NCBI GenBank assembly: GCA_022710645.1
Contig: JAKLGL010000001.1
Coordinates: 343,296 to 407,295 of the forward strand
From: Patescibacteria group bacterium
GTDB lineage: Bacteria; Patescibacteriota; Patescibacteriia; Magasanikbacterales; GWA2-37-8
Direction: 5' to 3'
DNA: 64,000 bases
Each line of letters starts with the position of its first letter. Within the stretch, counting starts at the first letter, position 1. Made by a program: the position numbers and the translations under genes. This document shows positions 55,627-64,000 of the stretch, piece by piece. Under the pieces are notes generated by a model, which saw only the letters and a program-made list of their open reading frames with translations, was not told where the DNA came from and made no database searches.

Positions 55627-58600
55627 TTATTCCACAGGAACATCTACCGGCGTTTCAACTGGATCTACAGGATCTTCAACCGGCGGTTCTTCCGGAGCTG
55701 GTGCCGGTTCTTCTACCGGCGGTGTCTCTATCACAGGTTCTGTCGGAGTTTCCACCGGAGGCGTTTCTTCTACCGGAGGTGTTGATGTCCCTGACGGCAT
55801 AGCCGGAGTAGATTCACCACTACTTCCGCTTTGCGGGATATTTATCAACGGATTAAAGTCCAAATAAAAATCTTTTAATAGTTGTATACTACCGTCAGAA
55901 CTGTGTATTTTCGTATCATCCTCCACCACATAGGCTTGCCAATTGAATAACACGTTATCTATTGCCTGCTCAACAAGCGAGATTTCAAATCCGCGAGTCG
56001 TCACATTTTGTAATTTCCATCGTCCGTCAAAACCAAGAGGGGTAACACCCATCATCGGCGGTACGGCATATTCACCGTCAAAATCCACTTGTACCAAACT
56101 GTCGCCCGCTTTTATTTGCGCCATACCAAAAATATTTTTCTCAATATATTCCGGAATTTCTTCCACAATTTCTTCAATAACTGTTTCCGCCGAATCATCT
56201 TGCCATACGCGATAATAATCAATATCAATCTGTTGCGCCCCGCCTCCGGCTACGGTGTTATTCATAATCATAGAAGTCAATCCGACAGTCGGAATATTGG
56301 TCGTTGCTTGACCGCAATAAAACCAATCCACTCCGTCAGTTGCATCGTTATCAATATAAAAATTTATCTCTCCCGTCCCGTCACCATTACTGGAAACTAC
56401 TTCTATTTTTGCCACCCCAAATACAGCAGTGTTGATAGCTTGTCCCGCACAATCAACAACAGTGGAAGCTCCGGCGCGACGCGAAACACCCTGCCACTCT
56501 CCGTTGGTGGTGTTATTGGTAAAATAAACACCGTTTAGAGGGTCTGCAGTTTGAGCTTGAGACAGATTACTCAAACCAATTCTAAATCGGATATTGGCAG
56601 TAACAGCGGACGGAGAAGCTTTGAAAGTTATGACAGGTAAATTGGCGGTATTAAAGACAAGATTGGCGGTTCCGGCAGTTGTAATCCCATGATATGCCAA
56701 ACAAGAGTTGGCGCCATTTGCCGCTTGCTGTCTGCCGATACCGTTTACTCCGTTTGCCACTGAACTCCAAGTACAAGCCTTATTTTCATCAACTGTGAAT
56801 TGTTGAAAATCACCCCAAGCATACAAAGTATCTGCAGTCACATTTCCTCTACCGCGCATAAATTCTTCGCCAAAATAAGAATTTTTTGCAATCAAAGCTC
56901 CTGTTTCCAAACTCATCCCAAAATTTTGCGATAAATATTTACCTTCCAGTAATATATATCCCGTGGAACTGTTGGTTATCAAAAGCACTCCTTCGTTGTT
57001 TGAGGATAAGGTAAGTAAATGAGACGGTGTTGATGTGCCTATACCAACTGTTCCTCCGTTTAAAATAGTAAACAAATTATCTCCTCCGCCATTAATGGCA
57101 TTATATATTGCTAATCCAGCATCAACAGGAGAATTAACTGCTGTTACTTCCAGACTATAATCACCTGTTTCACCAGCCCCCCAGCTAGTTACAACGATAT
57201 TATAAGTAGAGCTGGCATCATAAATAAACTCTAAATAAGAGTTTGTTCCTGTGCCTCCGTCATCATCAAAATAAGTTACTGATCCGGTGTCGGATGTTAT
57301 TTGCAAATAAGTATCAAAATTTCCCGAGGTTATAGAAACCGTCATATTTGAACCATTTGGAATCCCTGGAAATAAAGTAGCAATATTATAAGTGTCCATA
57401 TATCTACCGGTCCTATTGGGATTGTCCGGATCAGTAATTGCCAAAGCTCCGTTTATATTTGTTGAGGTCGGACCATAACTACCCGTAGATTCAATAGCTC
57501 CTATAGAATTTTGATTATTAATATTTATAGTTTTTGCCCATAAACGTAACCAGTTATGATCAAAATTACCCAAATTATAAGAACCGTTGGCCGGTATGAT
57601 ATTTCTGGCTGTCGTGGTTCCGCTGATTGTTAATAAGCTTGTTGGTGATTTGGTACCAATACCTACATATCCATTTTCAGCAGAATAAATTGACGGTTGC
57701 GAAGAGCTGGTCTGTACATAAAACAAAGGATAAGTGGAAGTTCCTTTTATACCAAGCATGGCTTCCGGGTTTTCATTATTAATGCCGATAGTTCCGGTTG
57801 ATCCAAGTGTCAAAATATTGGTAAATAAACCGGCGTCATTTACAAAATAAAATATAAATTTATCATCTTGATTATCGTCTCTTTTGGAAAGTTGCCAATA
57901 TTTATTATTTTGAGTTACAAAATTTAAATTAGTCGCTCCGGCTATAGTTTTTTGTAAAATTGTCATCGCTGGGCCAGAATTATCAGTTACAACGTGCAAC
58001 GGCGCCCCTGGTGTAGTAGTGCCAATACCCAGTCGACCATTACTATTATCCCAAAATAAATTTGAAGTGGCACTAAAAACACCATTACCATCGTTAAACT
58101 GAATCGCGCCAGCAATACCTTGGGCCAAACCAAGAGACGAAGTACTAACCCATTGACCGCGGCCAATACTATCAGATGACCATAATTGCCCAGCTGTCCC
58201 AGCACTATCTATAAAAAACTGACCATAATCAACTCCATTCATGCGATAAGTATCATTAGTGTCAAAACCGTTCCCTGCATACATATTGCCAGTGGTAGAC
58301 ACCCCGCCAGTTATAGACAAACCATTTGATAGTTCAAATTGTGTCGCGGAATTATTCCAACGCAAATAATTGTTTGTATTATTATTAAAATATAAATTAT
58401 TGTTTCCGACAGTGGAAAATTGAACATAATCTCCAAATAAAACCGGACCAGTTAATGTAGACGTGCCTGTAACATTATTTTTTCCGGTTATCAACACATC
58501 TCCTCCAAGCTTGGTATTGCCCAATACTTCAAATTTTACATTACTGCTGGTTGCGCTATTTCCTATCACTACCGCATAATTTCCAGCTAAATCCGGATAA

Positions 58601-61600
58601 GCTACATTTTCCGTGGTAGTTGTCCAAACACTATCTCCTCCACCTCCGGTCGGCCAAGTATTACGTGTAACTCCGCCCAAAGTTATAGAATCAGCAACCA
58701 AAATATCGGTTGTGCTAACCGTACCTAAAACATTTATATTATTCACAGTTAAATCGGAAATCGTAGTGGTGGCCAAAGTAGAATTCCCTAAAACATTCAA
58801 AGTCCCATCAACATACAGAGACGAACTGGCATAAATAATATCTTTGAACCAAACCGGCAAAGTCGTAGAAGTAGTCAAAACATTTCCACCATTGTGTGAA
58901 GTTAATAACCAATTGGCAGTCGCACCGCCAGCGCTAGCGAGCAAATTTCCGTTCCAATATAAATCTCCGCCAATGTTATAAATAGAATTGGTAGTAGTGG
59001 CTGAAGCCGTATCTCCGATATAGATTCCTCCATCAACATGTAATTTATTCAACGGGTCATACAATGCTTGACCTATACCGACATATCCCGTCCCGGCTTG
59101 TATTGTCAAAACATCATCGCCTTCAGCTCCGACAGAATCATCCCACAAGCGAAAATCCAAAGAGCTGGTAGGCATATACCAAGACCAACCATTGTCGTAA
59201 CTTCCGCTATTTACGCGGCGAACATAATGCCCGGCTTCTCCATTACCGTTGGCTACTATGGTAATATAATTGCGCGATGAAGAAGCGGTTGAACTTAAAT
59301 CACTACCCCAAACTTCCAAAAGATCATAAGGTGTGGAAGTGCCTATACCAAAGGAACCTTCGTAAGTAGAAAAAGATAAATTTTGTAAATCTCCATGACC
59401 GTTACTAATAAAATATTCCACTGTTCCGGAAACTCCGTCCGCCGTATACCTAACCGGGAAAATATCAGTGTCTGTTTTAAATTGATTGGAAGTTAAAACT
59501 ATATGATCATTGATTGTGTTTGCCGAACTGAGATAAACATCGTTTTCACTAATACCAGGCCCAGCCCAAGCAAAAGAGGAATTGGTTATTTGTACTCCGG
59601 ATAAAACCGTGGAACTGTTAACATAAGCCGGCATCAATTCAACCGAACCAGGAGAGACGGTCAAAGCCGTAACAAAAGCCGCATCAACATAAGTATTGAA
59701 ACGAGCATTTTCATGATTAAACATTTTTATTTTATTGCTTGGAAAAGAAGCGTAGATAGGAAAAGTGACAATCGCATCTTTTATTGTCGCTATACTACGA
59801 AAACTTTTATTATCTGTATAGAGCACAGACAATTCATCGTCACTATCATAAGTATTTACAAAAATTTCCGGATTATAAACATAGGCATTAGCAATGGTAG
59901 AGCTGGTAATATAAAAAATCGTATTTATCTTTGTTCCCGCTGTGCTGGTGGTCTGAGTGAAATTATATTTATTGGCGGTAAAACTTTCCAAGGTTCCGTT
60001 TTCTTGATAAATCACAGCTTGGATATTTTTACTATCATCTGTATATTCCGCTCCGACTTCCACGTTTTTCAAAACCGACTTACCGGCACTTTTTATCTCC
60101 ACTGCATAATCATCATAATTTTTGAGATTAACCATTGACAACACACTACCATAGGTCATGGCAAAAGTAACTTTACCGACAACAAAGGTATTGCAACCGG
60201 CACCTTTGACTACTACAAAATCTTTCATATCTAAATCTTCGGTAAATGTCCCGGCAGAAACAGAAACCGTGTAAGGATTAGTGGAAGATGATAATAGAGC
60301 GGCGGCATCTATAGCATTTTGAATAGTTTTTTTAGCTCTGGCTGGACTTTTTCCATCAAAACCATCTTTACCGCTTACTGCATTAACATAAATAATATTA
60401 CCCTCGATAAGCGCGTCGTTAATCACGATTTCCGACCAAATATTATGATTATTATTTATATTGCGAAGCTCCATGATACCGTTATTATCACGAAAACCAT
60501 ATCCTGCCGCCCCAGTCGTAGTACCAAAATTAATATATCTATTTTCTCCTTCTATAAATATATTTCCATTTACCGATAAAGGAGCCAAAGGAGTTGAAGT
60601 GGCAATACCCACATAGCCGTTCGTACCATTGATAATTAGGCTTCTTTGCTCATCTGTCGGGTCAATATCAAAAATAATATCTCCACCTGACGCCATAGTA
60701 GAGAAAAATAAATCACTAACTGAATAAAGAGCCATCACCCCGGAAATTCCCGGTAAACCATCATTCCAATTGGAAGAAAGAGCTGTCAAACCACCGAGTT
60801 TGCCTAAATCATTATACAAGCTGAACTCCGCCGTGGAAGAAACTCCGGAATTATTGTTGTGAATAGCCAAATTAAATTCGTTATTTGTATCACCATATAC
60901 ATAAAATGCTTTTCCATTCTCCGTAGTGGTATTTATAGCAATCAAACCGTTTTCATCTATAACTATTCTTTCTATTCCGGCTGTTTGAAAATGAATTCTG
61001 TTTTCATTTGGCGAAGCTTCGGTTTCTACTTTGGTGTCTCTATCCGAATCTTGGATATAAGTACTGGTGTTTCCTCCGATAACCGGTGAACCGTTCCAAT
61101 AAAGTTGTCCACCGAGATTATAAAGTGTATAAGCAGTCACCGCAGGAGAAGTACTACAAATGGATAATCCGCCAATCAAAGTTAAAGCATTTTTCGGAGT
61201 AGTTGTTCCAATACCTATAAAACCGCTACTGGAAACAAAAATATTACTGGTCGGTGCCCAAGAATCTCCATCCCAATACGCAATCTGACCTTGAGTAATG
61301 CCGGGATCAACCGGAGTTAACGGGGTTCCATTCATTAAATAACTACCAGTTATATTAATATCTCCGTCTACTGTCAATTGTGAATCCGGAGTGGAAGTGC
61401 CAATACCAACATTATCGCTACTACCTTGAACAAATAAAGTGTAATCATTGTCCGGAGTTTTAACTTGAAAATCATAATTTCCGCTACTAGTGTTGAAAAC
61501 AGCACCGCCTCGAAGAAATAACTGTGAATTAAACCCATCTAAAGTCATCATTTTATCATCAATCAAACTTTTTGCATCACCGGAATCATTGTTATAAAAA

Positions 61601-64000
61601 CCGAAAAGCAAATTGGAATTTTCACCGGTTTTACCAACTAACCAACCTCGCATACTGGAGGTGGAACCAAAACCATCCGTATCTGAATACAAATATAAAC
61701 CGGCGATTGCGTTTCTGTCTCCACTTATAGCCGACAATTTCGCTTCGCTACTGGTAGCTTGTACCCCAAGCATCGTTCTTTCTCCGGGATTATCATTAAC
61801 AAAAATTAATCCATTATTTCTGTAATAATCGGCCTGATAAGATAATTTTGGCAAAATAGCCATACCCGTATCAATTTTGATAATATCTTGGTTGATATTT
61901 GAATGTCTACCAAATAAAACGACGCCCTCTTCTTCGGCTAAAGCATAAAAATAAACATTGGTCGGATCATTAATATTGATATCTGAGCTGGAAAAAGCTC
62001 CATCACTGGAAGAAATGTTTATTGCCGAACTGTCTTTTTGATCGATATTCAAGGTGGCTGCTTTTTGTAAATAACTGGCGGTAACCTTGGTATGAGAATT
62101 ATTATTAGTTATTATATTATAGTCCAAACCCCACATATTGGAGTAACGAATCTCCGCGTAAGAATTATCATCTTCGATAAAAAGACCTGTTCCCAAACCA
62201 TTGTTTGATCCAAATTCACTACCAGCCATATAAAAAGAGGAGGAACCAGTGGTACTTTTTAAATGAACAAACCTATTTTCTACATCTTCCATATAAACAT
62301 TTTCTACTTGAGCTGAAGCGCCATTATCCAAATTTACACCTATATTACCAATACGATAAAAATCTGTTTTAAAGATATTTAACAAATTGGCTACCTGCAT
62401 ATCTATACCGATTTCAGTTTCGATAAATATCAATTCGGAAAAATCCATCCAGACACTACCCGTACTATTAATTTTGATAGCATCACATCCTACAGTATTT
62501 TGAAAACCGGCTGTTTGCGAACCGTCAATAGTTAACAAACGAATAGAAAAATCATTTTCTTCTGGAAAATCTATTTCAAAAACCGGACCAGGAGAGGTTA
62601 CCATGTCTGATGTCGGACGAATTATAACCGCTTCTCTACTCATACCGCGGATACTTTTGATATGTGTACTGGTAACTAACAAGGTTGAAGATACTTCATA
62701 AACCCCGGGGTAAATATTTATTATTGTGTCATAATCTACGCTATTAGCGAAAGCCACAGCATCCTCCAAATTATCAAAATCTCCGCCACTTTTTGCAACA
62801 TTGACAATGTGATTAATTTTGGTAGAAAAATTATTCCATTGTCCGCTTGCGTTTTTCCATTGCATCACTCCACTATTGTCACGAATACCATAACCGTCAG
62901 TCCCAGTGGCTGAACCGAAATTAACATATCTATTTAAACCAGTGATAGAGAGATTACCATAAACATCTAAAGCGGAAAGAGGCGAAGATGTTCCAATACC
63001 GACTTTACCGCCAAAATAGTTTACCGAAGTAGAACCGTCAGAATAGATATTGAAATTGGAAGTATCGGCAAAATCTTGCTGTTCAATATAAAGACCATAA
63101 AGATTATTTATCGTTCCCGAAGCAGAGCCCGTAGGATTATATATTTTCATACCGTGGGCTGTCCCGATATTGCCGTTTTCAACACTAAAGTTTGATTGGA
63201 AAGCTGAGGCATAACCTATAGTGCCTCCTCCCATACCATTTTCTATATTACCGCTTACACCGACGGCACTACCTATAATCCCGTTGTAAGAAACATCATC
63301 AATTCCATTACTTACCGCCCCTTGAATACCTACCGCTAAACCAATACTACCGGTTGGTGTTTCCAAATCCACCCCAAATAATTGTCCGAACAATATCCCC
63401 ACATTACCGGAACCATAATGTTGAACTTGATTTAAAACACCGGCCAAAACATCAAAATTTTTATCATTGTTTGCATTGGTAGTGACATTAAACAAAGTAT
63501 TGATAGTTGTAGAAGCATCTTCATCCGGGTTTAACTCTATGCCTAAAATATTCCCCACTTCAAAACCATCTCCGGTATTATTTAAGTGGTTATAATTTTT
63601 ATAAGAAGCAAAATTAAAATTTAAATCACTTGGAATATCTGCCGGCAAACCATTACCAACCATAAGTCGCGAAATAGTTGAAGTGGCTAAAGTAGAAGTA
63701 CCGGTTACACTCAAATTATTATTAATTATCAAAGCCCCGGACATAGTATCACCTGTAATATCCACCCAATTATCCGTACTGGAAGACATAAAGCTGGAAC
63801 TGGTAAAACCACTGCCTACTAAGCTGGCGCCATTAAACCAAATAAATTCATTGTTTGTAAAAGAATTGGCGTTAGTACCGCCGTTGGCAATTGGTAAAAT
63901 TCCCGCAATATCGGAAGTTAAATTTACAGTTGAAGTTGACCAAACACCGTTGTTGATTTTTACAAAACCAGTCCAATCACTAGTGTTTTGTCCCGTCCCG
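55627..64000 (-). CDS. giant repetitive cell-surface protein (over 2790 aa; N-terminus lies beyond the window)
   Basis: Frame stays open from the first Met (63789) to the window edge, so the true start is outside; Thr/Ser/Asn/Gly-rich beta-type sequence with at least 9 recurrences of VGIGT(S/T)TP...L.V.G.I.I.G; Pro/Glu/Val-rich C-terminal tail. Confidence 0.8.
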   Translation of the reverse strand, partial: GTGQNTSDWTGFVKINNGVWSTSTVNLTSDIAGILPIANGGTNANSFTNNEFIWFNGASLVGSGFTSSSFMSSSTDNWVDITGDTMSGALIINNNLSVTGTSTLATSTISRLMVGNGLPADIPSDLNFNFASYKNYNHLNNTGDGFEVGNILGIELNPDEDASTTINTLFNVTTNANNDKNFDVLAGVLNQVQHYGSGNVGILFGQLFGVDLETPTGSIGLAVGIQGAVSNGIDDVSYNGIIGSAVGVSGNIENGMGGGTIGYASAFQSNFSVENGNIGTAHGMKIYNPTGSASGTINNLYGLYIEQQDFADTSNFNIYSDGSTSVNYFGGKVGIGTSSPLSALDVYGNLSITGLNRYVNFGSATGTDGYGIRDNSGVMQWKNASGQWNNFSTKINHIVNVAKSGGDFDNLEDAVAFANSVDYDTIINIYPGVYEVSSTLLVTSTHIKSIRGMSREAVIIRPTSDMVTSPGPVFEIDFPEENDFSIRLLTIDGSQTAGFQNTVGCDAIKINSTGSVWMDFSELIFIETEIGIDMQVANLLNIFKTDFYRIGNIGVNLDNGASAQVENVYMEDVENRFVHLKSTTGSSSFYMAGSEFGSNNGLGTGLFIEDDNSYAEIRYSNMWGLDYNIITNNNSHTKVTASYLQKAATLNIDQKDSSAINISSSDGAFSSSDININDPTNVYFYALAEEEGVVLFGRHSNINQDIIKIDTGMAILPKLSYQADYYRNNGLIFVNDNPGERTMLGVQATSSEAKLSAISGDRNAIAGLYLYSDTDGFGSTSSMRGWLVGKTGENSNLLFGFYNNDSGDAKSLIDDKMMTLDGFNSQLFLRGGAVFNTSSGNYDFQVKTPDNDYTLFVQGSSDNVGIGTSTPDSQLTVDGDINITGSYLMNGTPLTPVDPGITQGQIAYWDGDSWAPTSNIFVSSSGFIGIGTTTPKNALTLIGGLSICSTSPAVTAYTLYNLGGQLYWNGSPVIGGNTSTYIQDSDRDTKVETEASPNENRIHFQTAGIERIVIDENGLIAINTTTENGKAFYVYGDTNNEFNLAIHNNNSGVSSTAEFSLYNDLGKLGGLTALSSNWNDGLPGISGVMALYSVSDLFFSTMASGGDIIFDIDPTDEQRSLIINGTNGYVGIATSTPLAPLSVNGNIFIEGENRYINFGTTTGAAGYGFRDNNGIMELRNINNNHNIWSEIVINDALIEGNIIYVNAVSGKDGFDGKSPARAKKTIQNAIDAAALLSSSTNPYTVSVSAGTFTEDLDMKDFVVVKGAGCNTFVVGKVTFAMTYGSVLSMVNLKNYDDYAVEIKSAGKSVLKNVEVGAEYTDDSKNIQAVIYQENGTLESFTANKYNFTQTTSTAGTKINTIFYITSSTIANAYVYNPEIFVNTYDSDDELSVLYTDNKSFRSIATIKDAIVTFPIYASFPSNKIKMFNHENARFNTYVDAAFVTALTVSPGSVELMPAYVNSSTVLSGVQITNSSFAWAGPGISENDVYLSSANTINDHIVLTSNQFKTDTDIFPVRYTADGVSGTVEYFISNGHGDLQNLSFSTYEGSFGIGTSTPYDLLEVWGSDLSSTASSSRNYITIVANGNGEAGHYVRRVNSGSYDNGWSWYMPTSSLDFRLWDDSVGAEGDDVLTIQAGTGYVGIGQALYDPLNKLHVDGGIYIGDTASATTTNSIYNIGGDLYWNGNLLASAGGATANWLLTSHNGGNVLTTSTTLPVWFKDIIYASSSLYVDGTLNVLGNSTLATTTISDLTVNNINVLGTVSTTDILVADSITLGGVTRNTWPTGGGGDSVWTTTTENVAYPDLAGNYAVVIGNSATSSNVKFEVLGNTKLGGDVLITGKNNVTGTSTLTGPVLFGDYVQFSTVGNNNLYFNNNTNNYLRWNNSATQFELSNGLSITGGVSTTGNMYAGNGFDTNDTYRMNGVDYGQFFIDSAGTAGQLWSSDSIGRGQWVSTSSLGLAQGIAGAIQFNDGNGVFSATSNLFWDNSNGRLGIGTTTPGAPLHVVTDNSGPAMTILQKTIAGATNLNFVTQNNKYWQLSKRDDNQDDKFIFYFVNDAGLFTNILTLGSTGTIGINNENPEAMLGIKGTSTYPLFYVQTSSSQPSIYSAENGYVGIGTKSPTSLLTISGTTTARNIIPANGSYNLGNFDHNWLRLWAKTININNQNSIGAIESTGSYGPTSTNINGALAITDPDNPNRTGRYMDTYNIATLFPGIPNGSNMTVSITSGNFDTYLQITSDTGSVTYFDDDGGTGTNSYLEFIYDASSTYNIVVTSWGAGETGDYSLEVTAVNSPVDAGLAIYNAINGGGDNLFTILNGGTVGIGTSTPSHLLTLSSNNEGVLLITNSSTGYILLEGKYLSQNFGMSLETGALIAKNSYFGEEFMRGRGNVTADTLYAWGDFQQFTVDENKACTWSSVANGVNGIGRQQAANGANSCLAYHGITTAGTANLVFNTANLPVITFKASPSAVTANIRFRIGLSNLSQAQTADPLNGVYFTNNTTNGEWQGVSRRAGASTVVDCAGQAINTAVFGVAKIEVVSSNGDGTGEINFYIDNDATDGVDWFYCGQATTNIPTVGLTSMIMNNTVAGGGAQQIDIDYYRVWQDDSAETVIEEIVEEIPEYIEKNIFGMAQIKAGDSLVQVDFDGEYAVPPMMGVTPLGFDGRWKLQNVTTRGFEISLVEQAIDNVLFNWQAYVVEDDTKIHSSDGSIQLLKDFYLDFNPLINIPQSGSSGESTPAMPSGTSTPPVEETPPVETPTEPVIETPPVEEPAPAPEEPPVEDPVDPVETPVDVPVE

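Noticed and set aside
55434-55802. ORF 55434..55802(+), 122 aa
   Set aside because: Runs through the tRNA-fragment/hairpin region and antisense into the giant gene; Pro/Leu-rich shadow translation.

Overview
This is a low-GC (about one third GC) chromosome segment whose gene content and small-genome style fit a Candidate Phyla Radiation / Patescibacteria-like bacterium; that assignment is inference from gene content and composition only. Housekeeping genes called: a partial RluA-family pseudouridine synthase, gmk, rplS, uvrA, secG, rnj, thrS, ftsH, rpsA, gyrA, rpmF, nusB, rnc, miaA and miaB. Two tRNAs are present: Leu(CAG) at 9594..9675 and Lys(CUU) at 55292..55364. A glycan biosynthesis/export locus of about 16 kb spans 15.5-31.7 kb: a WbaP-like initiating transferase, five GT4 enzymes, a GT2 plus GT-C pair, Wzm/Wzt exporter genes and a sulfotransferase with a coiled-coil tail. 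A lone PilB/GspE ATPase sits between membrane proteins. A giant repetitive surface-protein gene on the minus strand (55627 onward) runs off the window end. The most notable observations: (1) a putative RNase P RNA gene (minus strand, about 14412..15210) with a consensus promoter, a covarying P4 helix and an intrinsic terminator, one helix of which carries a roughly 270-nt loop encoding a YhbQ-like GIY-YIG protein; (2) a family of 70-106 bp MITE-like palindromic elements (terminal inverted repeats GTCATYCTGA) whose core palindrome CCTGCCTRCCGGYAGGCAGG also occurs alone, including two in-frame copies inside a FemAB-family gene (one a 42-nt insertion flanked by 10-bp direct repeats) and block-permuted around tRNA-Leu; (3) two paralogous genes driven by promoters that share an upstream box and carry C9 tracts in 19-bp -35/-10 spacers, a phase-variation-like layout; (4) 9-bp ACTTTATAA/TAAAGTCC repeat arrays at several intergenic sites; (5) duplicated tRNA-Lys 3' fragments with GC-rich hairpins immediately before the giant gene. 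All calls come from reading the sequence and recalling motifs; no searches were run.
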